Part shown: in pieces, positions 1 to 8,000 of the stretch | Numbering within the stretch: position 1 is the first letter of the stretch | How the letters are laid out: each line of letters starts with the position of its first letter | DNA from: Candidatus Nanoarchaeia archaeon | Lineage (GTDB): Archaea > Nanobdellota > Nanobdellia > SCGC-AAA011-G17 > JAFCDX01 | Assembly: GCA_041651575.1 (NCBI GenBank) | Contig: JBAZJB010000001.1 | Span: 546,096 to 610,095, forward strand | Direction of reading: 5' to 3' | Length of the DNA stretch: 64,000 bases | The notes under the pieces: model-generated | What the model was told of the DNA's origin: nothing | The model's database searches: none | What the model saw: only the letters and a program-made list of their open reading frames with translations | Position numbers and translations under genes: made by a program

Positions 1-765
1 CAATCATTACAAGGAGCCGATATGGTTTTCATTACTTGTGGTTTAGGTGGAGGAACAGGAACTGGAAGTGCGCCTGTTGTTGCTGATATTGCTAAAAAAA
101 TGGGTATTCTTACTGTGGCTATTGTTACTTTACCTTTCTCAATGGAAGGACAAAGAAGATATGAAAATGCTATTATGGGTCTTGAAAAATTAGAAAATAT
201 TGTTGATACTTTAATTGTAATTCCTAACGATAAATTATTAGAATTAGCTCCTGATTTACCATTACAAACTGCATTCAAAGTTGCAGATGAAATCTTAACC
301 AATGCTGTTAAAGGCATTACAGAGCTTGTAACTAAAGCAGGACTAGTTAATCTTGACTTTGCAGATATAAGAACTGTAATGGGTAAAGGAGGAGTTGCAG
401 TAATAGGCTTAGGAGAATCTGATACTGAAAACAGAGCTCTTGAATCTGTAGAAAAAGCATTAAACAATCCTTTATTGGATGTTGAAATTTCTGGTGCAGA
501 AGGTGCTTTAGTAAACATTACTGGAGGACCTGACTTTACATTAGATGAAGCAAGAAAAATAGTTGAAAGTATATCAGAAAAATTAGACGAAGATGCAAGA
601 ATCATATGGGGAGCTCAAATTTCAGAAGATCTTGATAAAACAATAAGAACAATGTTAATAATTACAGGTGTATCAAGTCCTCAAATTTTTGGTCCTAAAA
701 GATCTATCCAAACACGTAAAAAGAAAGAAATAGAAGATGAATTGGGTATAGAATTCTTGGATTAA
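1..765 (+). CDS. ftsZ: Cell division GTPase FtsZ, 5'-truncated by window edge (frame open from base 1)
   Basis: Tubulin/FtsZ signature GGGTGTG right after the window start; remaining sequence fits the FtsZ C-terminal domain (NxDFAD, GxAxxGxG). Confidence 0.85.
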   Translation, partial: QSLQGADMVFITCGLGGGTGTGSAPVVADIAKKMGILTVAIVTLPFSMEGQRRYENAIMGLEKLENIVDTLIVIPNDKLLELAPDLPLQTAFKVADEILTNAVKGITELVTKAGLVNLDFADIRTVMGKGGVAVIGLGESDTENRALESVEKALNNPLLDVEISGAEGALVNITGGPDFTLDEARKIVESISEKLDEDARIIWGAQISEDLDKTIRTMLIITGVSSPQIFGPKRSIQTRKKKEIEDELGIEFLD

Positions 766-803
766 AACAAAATCTTTTTAAATACTTAAAATGCTTTATT
801 TTT

Positions 804-989
804 ATGAATATTAAAGATCTACTTGTTAAACTAAAAACCTTTATCTTAGAATGTAAAAGGGTTTGGACAATAACAAAAAAACCAGGAAGAGTAGAATATA
901 TGAGTATAGTAAAAGTTACTGGAATCGGAATATTAATAATAGGGTTAATAGGTTTTATTATACACCTAATTTGGCAATTTATACAATAA
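804..989 (+). CDS. secE: Preprotein translocase subunit SecE / Sec61-gamma
   Basis: 61 aa with a single C-terminal TM helix (KVTGIGILIIGLIGFIIHLI). Sits directly upstream of nusG-rplK, the conserved secE-nusG-L11 arrangement. Confidence 0.7.
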   Translation: MNIKDLLVKLKTFILECKRVWTITKKPGRVEYMSIVKVTGIGILIIGLIGFIIHLIWQFIQ

Positions 990-990
990 A

Positions 991-1458
991 ATGGTAATAT
1001 ATATTTTAAAAACAACTGCAAACAGAGAAGATCAAGTAATGGATTTTGTAGAATCTAATATAGAAAAAAAGAATTTGGATGTTTATGCTGTTGTAAGACC
1101 TCATGGTTGGAGAGGATATATTATAATTGAAGCAGCAACAAAACAAGACGCTGAAGAAGCTTTTACAGGTGTTCCATATGCTAAAGGAGTTTTACCAAAA
1201 CCTACAATTTATTCAGAAATAGAAAATGTTCTAGAACAAATTAAAGTACAAGTTAATATTGAAAAAAATGATATTGTTGAAATAATTTCTGGACCTTTTA
1301 AAAGAGAAAAAGCTAAAGTTAAAAAGATTGATGAAGTAAAAGAAGAAGTTATTGTTGAATTATTAGAAGCAACAGTTCCTATCCCAATTACTGTAAAATT
1401 GGATGCCGTTAAAGTTATAAGGAGAGAAGGCGAAGCAGAAGAACCTAAAGAAGACTAA
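991..1458 (+). CDS. spt5: Transcription elongation factor Spt5/NusG
   Basis: NGN-like N-terminus (YAVVRPHGWRGYIIIEA) and a KOW motif (ISGPFKREKAKVKKID); lies between secE and rplK. Confidence 0.75.
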   Translation: MVIYILKTTANREDQVMDFVESNIEKKNLDVYAVVRPHGWRGYIIIEAATKQDAEEAFTGVPYAKGVLPKPTIYSEIENVLEQIKVQVNIEKNDIVEIISGPFKREKAKVKKIDEVKEEVIVELLEATVPIPITVKLDAVKVIRREGEAEEPKED

Positions 1459-1459
1459 A

Positions 1460-2152
1460 ATGGCAGATAAAATTAAATTAATGGTTGAAGGCGGAAAAGT
1501 TAGTGCTAATGCAACAATGGCACAAGCACTTGGTCCTAAAGGAATTAATATTCAAGAAGTTCTAAAAAAATTAAATGAAAAAACTGCAGATATGAAAGGA
1601 ATGCAAGTTCCTGTTGAAATTTTAATTAATAAAGATAAAACTTACGATATTACTGTTGGAACACCACCAACTTCAGAATTAATTAAAAAAGAAGCTTCAG
1701 CAGAAAAAGGATCAAGTTTTCCAAGTAAAGAATATGTTGGAAATTTAGCAATGGAGCAAGTAATTAAAATTTCTAATATCAAAAAAGATTCTGTATTAAA
1801 TAAAGATATAAAAGCAGTAATTAATAGTATTCTTGGAACATGTAATCAAATGGGTGTAATGGTAGAAAATGAAAATGCAAAAGATATTATTAAAAAAGTA
1901 AAAAAAGGAGACTTTGATAATTTAATAAAAAACAATAAAACCGATGTTGATTCTGAGAAAAAAGAAATATTAAAAAAAGGTTTAGAAGATATTCAAGCTA
2001 AATTTAAATCAGAAGTTGAATCATTAAAAGCTAAAGCTAAGAAAGAACCTGGTGCAGCAGCTCCAGCAGCAGAAGGAGCAGCCCCTGGTGCAGCAGCTCC
2101 AGCAGCGGCTAAAAAAGAAGAGCCTAAAAAAGAAGCTAAAGCTAAAAAGTAA
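1460..2152 (+). CDS. rpl11: 50S ribosomal protein L11 (uL11) with an unusual ~80-aa C-terminal extension (Ala/Pro linker plus Lys-rich tail)
   Basis: N-terminal 150 aa match the L11 consensus (GGKVSANATMAQALGPKGINI...MQVPVEI...GTPPTSELIKKEA). C-terminal tail is KKEPGAAAPAAEGAAPGAAAPAAAKKEEPKKEAKAKK. Confidence 0.85.
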   Translation: MADKIKLMVEGGKVSANATMAQALGPKGINIQEVLKKLNEKTADMKGMQVPVEILINKDKTYDITVGTPPTSELIKKEASAEKGSSFPSKEYVGNLAMEQVIKISNIKKDSVLNKDIKAVINSILGTCNQMGVMVENENAKDIIKKVKKGDFDNLIKNNKTDVDSEKKEILKKGLEDIQAKFKSEVESLKAKAKKEPGAAAPAAEGAAPGAAAPAAAKKEEPKKEAKAKK

Positions 2153-2205
2153 AGAATTCTATAAAGAGCAATCTTTAAATATTTAGAATAAAGAAATTTT
2201 ATAAT

Positions 2206-2279
2206 GGGGTTATGGTCCAGCTTGGTTATGATTCGAGGTTTGGGACCTCGCGACCCCGGTTCAAATCCGGGTAGCCCCA
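2206..2279 (+). tRNA. tRNA-Pro (anticodon TGG)
   Basis: Hand-folded cloverleaf: 7-bp acceptor GGGGTTA/TAGCCCC, anticodon stem CGAGG/CCTCG with loop TTTGGGA, T-arm CCCGG-TTCAAAT-CCGGG, discriminator A. Confidence 0.75.
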
Positions 2280-2318
2280 TTCAATAAAATTTATAAAGAA
2301 GTTGTTTTTAGTTAAAAA

Positions 2319-2537
2319 GTGGTAAAGACAAAAAAAGTTGGATCAACAGGCCGTTTTGGCGCTAGATATGGTAGAGGAATCAAGCAAAGAGTTTTAGATG
2401 TCGAAGTTAGACAAAAAGCAAAAAAAACTTGTCCTTACTGCGGAAAACATGGAAGAGTAAAAAGAATTGCAGTTGGTATTTGGCATTGCAAAAAATGTTT
2501 AAAAAAATTCACAGGAAAAGCTTATACAATTGAATAA
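2319..2537 (+). CDS. rpl37ae: 50S ribosomal protein L37Ae (eL43)
   Basis: C4 zinc ribbon (CPYCG...CKKC) and strong similarity to eL43 (GARYGRGIKQRV). Confidence 0.9.
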   Translation: MVKTKKVGSTGRFGARYGRGIKQRVLDVEVRQKAKKTCPYCGKHGRVKRIAVGIWHCKKCLKKFTGKAYTIE

Positions 2538-2539
2538 AA

Positions 2540-2677
2540 ATGGCAGTCTATAAATGTTTCAAATGTGGAAAACAAGTAAAAGAGGAATACGCAAAAAGGA
2601 AAATAAGATGTCCTTATTGCGATAGCAAAATTTTATATAAACCTAGAACCATAAGTTCGAAGGTTAAAGCAATTTAA
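2540..2677 (+). CDS. rpoP: DNA-directed RNA polymerase subunit P (Rpo12/RpoP); below the 60-aa cutoff of the ORF track
   Basis: 45-aa protein MAVYKCFKCGKQ...RCPYCDSKILYKPR, a typical RpoP zinc ribbon. Sits in the conserved position after rpl37ae. Confidence 0.7.
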   Translation: MAVYKCFKCGKQVKEEYAKRKIRCPYCDSKILYKPRTISSKVKAI

Positions 2678-2715
2678 ATTTTACGGGAGGGAAGTAATTT
2701 TAAATTAATTATAAA

Positions 2716-3048
2716 ATGGAAAATTCAGATACTGAAAAGAAGATAATGGAATTGCAGATGATGGAGCAAAATATGCAGAATTTTGCAATACAAAAGCAAA
2801 GATTCCAAGCAGCTTTAACAGAAATTGATAATGCTTTAGATGAAATTAAAAAAACTAAAGATTCTCCTTACAAAATTATAGGAAATATTATGATTAATGT
2901 TAAAAAAGAAGATCTAGAAAAAGATTTGAAAGAAAAAAAGAATGTTCTTGAAATAAGATTAAAAAATATAGAAAAACAAGAAGTCAGTATTAAAGAAAAA
3001 TCTAAAGAAGCACAACAAGAAATAATGAAAAAATTAAATAAAAAATGA
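2716..3048 (+). CDS. pfdB: Prefoldin beta subunit
   Basis: 110-aa coiled-coil protein with the beta-hairpin core; conserved rpl37ae-rpoP-pfdB synteny. Confidence 0.7.
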   Translation: MENSDTEKKIMELQMMEQNMQNFAIQKQRFQAALTEIDNALDEIKKTKDSPYKIIGNIMINVKKEDLEKDLKEKKNVLEIRLKNIEKQEVSIKEKSKEAQQEIMKKLNKK

Positions 3049-3320
3049 CAAAAACAACTACAAACGACAGAGAAAAAATTGAAAATATAGTTTCTTTGTT
3101 AAATCAAATTGAAAAAGAGGATACATTACCTAAAAGTATAAAAATAAAGCTTCAGGAAATTGTTTGTTCTATGAATGATTGTAAAAATCCTAATATAAAT
3201 ATGACGATAGATAAGGCTATTCAAGAGTTAGATGGTGTAGTAGAAGACCCTAATTTACCAAGTTATGCTAAAATGCAGATTTGGAATGTGGTTAGTTTAC
3301 TTGAGAGCAGTAATAAATAA
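3045..3320 (+). CDS. UPF0147-family small archaeal protein
   Basis: 91 aa; resembles the conserved archaeal family usually found downstream of prefoldin beta (motif DPNLP...IWNVVSLLE). Confidence 0.5.
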   Translation: MTKTTTNDREKIENIVSLLNQIEKEDTLPKSIKIKLQEIVCSMNDCKNPNINMTIDKAIQELDGVVEDPNLPSYAKMQIWNVVSLLESSNK

Positions 3321-3370
3321 CTTTTAGAAATATTTATATATTTGATACTGTAACAATTGGATAGGAGAAA

Positions 3371-3790
3371 ATGGCAAGTTTCATTTCAAAACTAAAAGAG
3401 AGATTCGGAAGTAATTCTGGTTTTCCAAATGATTTCACAGAAGATTATGTTGAGATTGATACAGTTAAATCAGCTAGTGCAAAATCAAAGATAGTTATAA
3501 GACCATTTTTCATTGAAGATTTTCCAGATATTAAACCAGTATTAGACACTTTAAGAGAAGGTTATACTGTTGCTTTAGTTAATATTAGAACATTAAAAGA
3601 TAAAGATTTAGTTGAATTAAAAAGAGCTGTTAGTAAATTAAAGAAAACCTGTGATGCTATTGAAGGAGATATTGCAGGATTTGGAGAAGATTGGATTGTA
3701 GCAACTCCTAACTTCGCTAAAGTTTACAGAGCAGCAGAACCTGCAGAAGATGTAGGTACAGCTCCAAAACCACAACTAGAACCATTCTAA
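3371..3790 (+). CDS. sepF: Cell division protein SepF (FtsZ anchor)
   Basis: SepF/DUF552 core (IVIRPFFIEDFPDIKPVLDTLREGYTVALVNIRTL...DAIEGDIAGFGEDW) with an N-terminal amphipathic helix. Confidence 0.75.
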   Translation: MASFISKLKERFGSNSGFPNDFTEDYVEIDTVKSASAKSKIVIRPFFIEDFPDIKPVLDTLREGYTVALVNIRTLKDKDLVELKRAVSKLKKTCDAIEGDIAGFGEDWIVATPNFAKVYRAAEPAEDVGTAPKPQLEPF

Positions 3791-3867
3791 ATTCTTGATT
3801 ATATTAGATTAATACATATATTTAGTAGTAAGATAAATTTTATAAATGGTTAAATTCTAAAATAATT

Positions 3868-4392
3868 ATGGAAGAATTAAAAAAACAGGAATGTCCTTTG
3901 TGTAAAACTAAAAATTTAACACTAAGTGAAGAAGAAAAAGAAGTTCCTCATTTTGGAAAAGTATTTTTATTTTCTATGGTTTGTTCTAATTGTAATTATA
4001 AAGTATCCGATGTAGAATCTGCAGATGTTAAAGAACCTATCAAAGTAACATTTACTGTTGAAAATGTAAAAGATCTTAATGTTAAAGTTGTAAAATCAAG
4101 TACTGCGTCTGTTAAATTAGTTGAATTAAGAATGGATATGACTCCAGGTCCTGCTTCAATTGGATTTATTTCTAATATAGAAGGATTAATCACTAAATTC
4201 GAAGAAGTTTTAAAAGCTCAAAAAGAAACTGCAGAAGAAGACGAAGACAAGACAAAAGCAAAAAATTTACTTAAAAAAATCTGGAAAATAAAATGTGGAG
4301 ATATTCCTTTGAAAATAGTAATTGAAGATCCTTCTGGAAATTCTGCCATATTATCTGATAAAGCTAAAGTTGAGAAATTAAAGATTAAATAA
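3868..4392 (+). CDS. ZPR1-type zinc finger protein
   Basis: CPLC...CSNC zinc ribbon followed by the ZPR1 A-domain motif EDPSGNSAI. Confidence 0.7.
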   Translation: MEELKKQECPLCKTKNLTLSEEEKEVPHFGKVFLFSMVCSNCNYKVSDVESADVKEPIKVTFTVENVKDLNVKVVKSSTASVKLVELRMDMTPGPASIGFISNIEGLITKFEEVLKAQKETAEEDEDKTKAKNLLKKIWKIKCGDIPLKIVIEDPSGNSAILSDKAKVEKLKIK

Positions 4393-4394
4393 AT

Positions 4395-5180
4395 TTATTT
4401 TCTATCGTCATCAAAAAATTCGTAGTAAGACAAAATTGCTATTGCTGTCAATATCATCCAAAAAAATAGTTCTTCAAATGGAAAATTTATCCCAAAAATA
4501 TTTATCCATCCTATAAATTGTTTGCTTGGAAATGCCCATTGCCCCAATTTAAGTGCAGTTATTTCATAAATAAAAGAAAAGTAAAAGAAATAGGCTATTA
4601 TTTTAGAAATTTTAGTATATAAATTTGGACATTTTAAAAAAACTAAAAGTACGGGAAGTAGAACTAAAACAATTCCCATTTTTAAATAGAAATATGAAAC
4701 ATTTAAAATTATTGGATTTATAATTAAAAAGATTAAAAAGAGAAATATAGCTAAACAAGATATTATTATAAGATATTTTAAATTAGGGGAATATAATTTA
4801 TCTTTAAATTTATGTTCTATAAAATATTCATAATACATAACTATAAAATAAGAATATAAAAAACCCCACAAAAATTGTTCTATCACTATGACATTAAATA
4901 ATTTTGGAAATAAAGAGAATGGAACAACCCAGGTTTTTGTTATTTCTGCCATATATTCAACAATTATAGTTACAGGTATTGTAAGAATAATTGAAAATAA
5001 AGCCGCTTTTTTAATTAATTTTTTATCTAAAAAGGAAAATATTAAACAAGGCCCTCCAAAAAAGATTAAGGTTGAAACTAAAAAATTAGCTTTTAATAAA
5101 AAAGATAAAAAACATGCAAAAATAGGATATAATAACAAAATTACCCTAATCTCTTTTTTGTTCATATACAAAAGAGGCAT
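4395..5180 (-). CDS. Polytopic membrane protein, unknown function
   Basis: 261 aa with about 7 predicted TM helices; no recognisable catalytic motif. Confidence 0.5.
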   Translation of the reverse strand: MPLLYMNKKEIRVILLLYPIFACFLSFLLKANFLVSTLIFFGGPCLIFSFLDKKLIKKAALFSIILTIPVTIIVEYMAEITKTWVVPFSLFPKLFNVIVIEQFLWGFLYSYFIVMYYEYFIEHKFKDKLYSPNLKYLIIISCLAIFLFLIFLIINPIILNVSYFYLKMGIVLVLLPVLLVFLKCPNLYTKISKIIAYFFYFSFIYEITALKLGQWAFPSKQFIGWINIFGINFPFEELFFWMILTAIAILSYYEFFDDDRK

Positions 5181-5247
5181 ATATTATATTTAAGGTTTTT
5201 TATTTATAAATAATTAAATTTAAATATCCTTTCCTTACTAACTAATT

Positions 5248-5850
5248 ATGAAAACATTATTTATTGAAGCAAGATCAAAAGAAAAGATAGATGAAGTTCT
5301 AAAGAAAGTAAATATTCCTGGAAAAGTTGGTTTAATTACTACAATACAATTTCTTGACCAAGTTAAACAAATTAAAAATAAAAATTATATTTTTGCAGGA
5401 CAAGTTCTTGGTTGCAAAGCAGACAATGCAATTAAAATACAAAAAAAAGTTGATTCTTATTTGTATATTGGCTCTGGAAAGTTTCATCCAATTTGGGTTG
5501 CTCTAAAAACAAAAAAACCAGTTTACATTGCTAATCCAAACACAAATGAATTTTCTAAATTAGATGAAAATGAAATCATTGAATATGAAAAAAAATTAAA
5601 AGGAAAATTAAATAAATTTTATGCAGCAAATTCTTATGGGATTTTAGTTTCTGTAAAACCCGGACAATATAATTTAAAAAAAGCTTTGGAATTAAAAAAC
5701 AAACTAAAAAATTCTTATATTTTCATGTTTAATACCTTAAATGAACTAGAATTCGAGAATTTTAATAAAATAGACCTCTGGATTAACGCTGCCTGCCCTA
5801 GAATTGAAGGCAAAAACATTATAAATCTAGAAGATTTACCTAAATTATGA
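5248..5850 (+). CDS. dph2: Dph2-like protein (diphthamide synthesis), N-terminally truncated version lacking domain 1
   Basis: GQVLGC, YIGSGKFHP, VSVKPGQ and AACPRI motifs line up with domains 2-3 of archaeal Dph2. In-frame stops lie upstream, so the N-terminal third (first Cys ligand) is absent. Confidence 0.55.
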   Translation: MKTLFIEARSKEKIDEVLKKVNIPGKVGLITTIQFLDQVKQIKNKNYIFAGQVLGCKADNAIKIQKKVDSYLYIGSGKFHPIWVALKTKKPVYIANPNTNEFSKLDENEIIEYEKKLKGKLNKFYAANSYGILVSVKPGQYNLKKALELKNKLKNSYIFMFNTLNELEFENFNKIDLWINAACPRIEGKNIINLEDLPKL

Positions 5851-7304
5851 TTACAATAGAGGAATTAGCTACATTCTGTAAAAAAAAGGGTTTTGTTTAT
5901 CCTTCTTCTGAAATATATGGAGGATTAGCAGGATTTTGGGATTTTGGTCCTTTAGGTATTGAATTATTTAATAATCTTAAAAAAGAATGGTGGAATTATT
6001 TTGTTTATCAAAAAGATAATATTGTAGGTATTGATGCAAGTATAATATCTAATCCAAAAATATGGAAAGCTTCTGGGCATATTGCAAATTTTTCAGATGT
6101 AGCAGTGGTATGTAAAAAATGTAAGCTTTCTACTAAGATGGATAAAAGCGAAGTTGGAAAAGTAAAATGTCCTTGCGGTGGAGACTATGAAGTAAAAGGA
6201 GAATTTAATTTAATGTTCAAAACAACAGTTGGTGCTTTAAATCCTACAGAAGTTTATTTACGTGGTGAAACTGCCCAAGGAATGTTTACAGATTTTAAAT
6301 TAGTACAACAGACTTCTAGAATGCAGTTACCTTTTGGTATTGCACAAATTGGAAGATGCTTAAGAAATGAAATTGCTCCAAGAGATTTTTTATTTAGAAG
6401 CAGAGAATTCCATATTGGAGAATTTGAATTCTTTATAAATCCTGAAGAGAAAAAATGTGATTTACTTACTAAAACTCATTTAAATTTGAAATTAAAAATT
6501 TTAGATGCAGGAACACAAACTGCTAAAAAAGATACTCTTAAACAAATTACAATTGGAAAAATGCTACAAGAGAAAAAATTAGAAGAGTGGCATGCTTACT
6601 GGTTAGCAGAACAGATTTTATTCTTTAAGTCTATAGGATTAGAAGAAATAAAAGTTAGAGAACATACAAAAGAAGCATTAAGCCATTATTCAAGCGCTAC
6701 TTTTGATATTGATTATGAGTTTTCAATAGGAAGCCAAGAAATTGCAGGTAATGCTAATAGAGGTCAATTTGATTTAACACAACATATGAAAAATAGTGGG
6801 GAAAAAATGGAAATCTTTGATGAAAAATATAAAAATAAAATAATTCCTAAAGTTATTGAACCTACATTTGGTATGGAAAGAGTTTTCTTAGCAATATTAA
6901 CAAAAGCATATAATTATGATAAAAAAAGAGAAAATGTTGTTTTAAAATTACCTGCAAAATTAGCTCCAATAAAAGCAGCAGTATTTCCAATAATAAAAGA
7001 TAAAAAATATGAAAAATTATCTTTAGAAATTGTAAAAGATTTGAAAAAAGAATTTAATGTTGTTTACGATGAGTCTGGTTCTATTGGTAAAAGATATGCA
7101 AGAAATGATGAATCTGGAACACCTTATTGTATCACTATAGATGAAAAATCTCCTTCAAAAAAAGATATTACAATTAGAGATAGAGATTCTACAAAACAAA
7201 TTAGAGTTAAAATAAAAGATTTAAAAGAAACTTTAAAGAAATTAATTAATTCTGAAATTAAATTTGAGAAAGCAGGAAAATTAGTTAGTACGAGAGTAAA
7301 ATAA
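5847..7304 (+). CDS. glyS: Glycine--tRNA ligase (archaeal/eukaryotic type)
   Basis: Class II aaRS motifs and a GlyRS-specific N-terminus (FVYPSSEIYGGLAGFWDFGPLG...FRSREFHIGEFEFF). Confidence 0.9.
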   Translation: MITIEELATFCKKKGFVYPSSEIYGGLAGFWDFGPLGIELFNNLKKEWWNYFVYQKDNIVGIDASIISNPKIWKASGHIANFSDVAVVCKKCKLSTKMDKSEVGKVKCPCGGDYEVKGEFNLMFKTTVGALNPTEVYLRGETAQGMFTDFKLVQQTSRMQLPFGIAQIGRCLRNEIAPRDFLFRSREFHIGEFEFFINPEEKKCDLLTKTHLNLKLKILDAGTQTAKKDTLKQITIGKMLQEKKLEEWHAYWLAEQILFFKSIGLEEIKVREHTKEALSHYSSATFDIDYEFSIGSQEIAGNANRGQFDLTQHMKNSGEKMEIFDEKYKNKIIPKVIEPTFGMERVFLAILTKAYNYDKKRENVVLKLPAKLAPIKAAVFPIIKDKKYEKLSLEIVKDLKKEFNVVYDESGSIGKRYARNDESGTPYCITIDEKSPSKKDITIRDRDSTKQIRVKIKDLKETLKKLINSEIKFEKAGKLVSTRVK

Positions 7305-7913
7305 TTAAACATTAGGCATACAAACCTTTTCAAATAGTTTTTCAAGCATTTCTACATCTTGTTTGCAGTGTTCATTTATAATATCCCAATTATTTTCATG
7401 ATATAATCTTTCTACATCCTTCCCAAAGAATCTTTTATCAGGAACTTCTATTCCATGCATCCTACATAAAACATCCAAATTAGGATTTATAAAATTTCCA
7501 TTAAAAGAGAAAAATTGTATTGTATCAAAATGATTTGAAGCTTTCATAGAATAAACATTTGTATTAATTTGTGTTTCTCTTGGAATTTGAATTCCATTTG
7601 AATAAGATCTTATTAAAATAAAAGGAATATCAAATTTATATCCGTTATGTGTAACTATTTTGTAAATTGGATGTTTCATGACAAAATCTTTAATAAAATC
7701 CCAGAATTTAGTTAATAATTCTTTTTCATTTTCTCCAGATAATATTTTAGTAGGTTCATTTGTAACTTTCAAGCCAATTGTAATTATTTTAGAATAATTT
7801 GGATCAAGACTTCTCGCTTCTTTAGAAATTTTTTTATCCATCAAATATTCTTTTATATGTTCATTTTCTATCTTAAAAGGTACAGTTTCTATGTCTAAAT
7901 AAAGAAATTTCAT
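7305..7913 (-). CDS. RNase H-like 3'-5' exonuclease (DEDD / PolB-exo-like)
   Basis: Exo I motif YLDIETVP and Exo II-like HNGYKFDIPFI. Confidence 0.5.
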   Translation of the reverse strand: MKFLYLDIETVPFKIENEHIKEYLMDKKISKEARSLDPNYSKIITIGLKVTNEPTKILSGENEKELLTKFWDFIKDFVMKHPIYKIVTHNGYKFDIPFILIRSYSNGIQIPRETQINTNVYSMKASNHFDTIQFFSFNGNFINPNLDVLCRMHGIEVPDKRFFGKDVERLYHENNWDIINEHCKQDVEMLEKLFEKVCMPNV

Positions 7914-8000
7914 AGATTATTATACATTTAATAAGTTTATATATATTTATGGTTTAAAGTATATAAAAATCTTTATAAATGCGTATACCACATAGTAAAT

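Noticed and set aside
704-1021. 105-aa minus-strand ORF overlapping the FtsZ 3' end and SecE
   Set aside because: Antisense to two well-supported genes, low-complexity hydrophobic translation, no motif; typical AT-rich shadow ORF.
1993-2280. 95-aa minus-strand ORF overlapping the L11 C-terminus and the tRNA-Pro gene
   Set aside because: It mirrors the Ala/Pro-rich L11 tail and runs through a tRNA; spurious.
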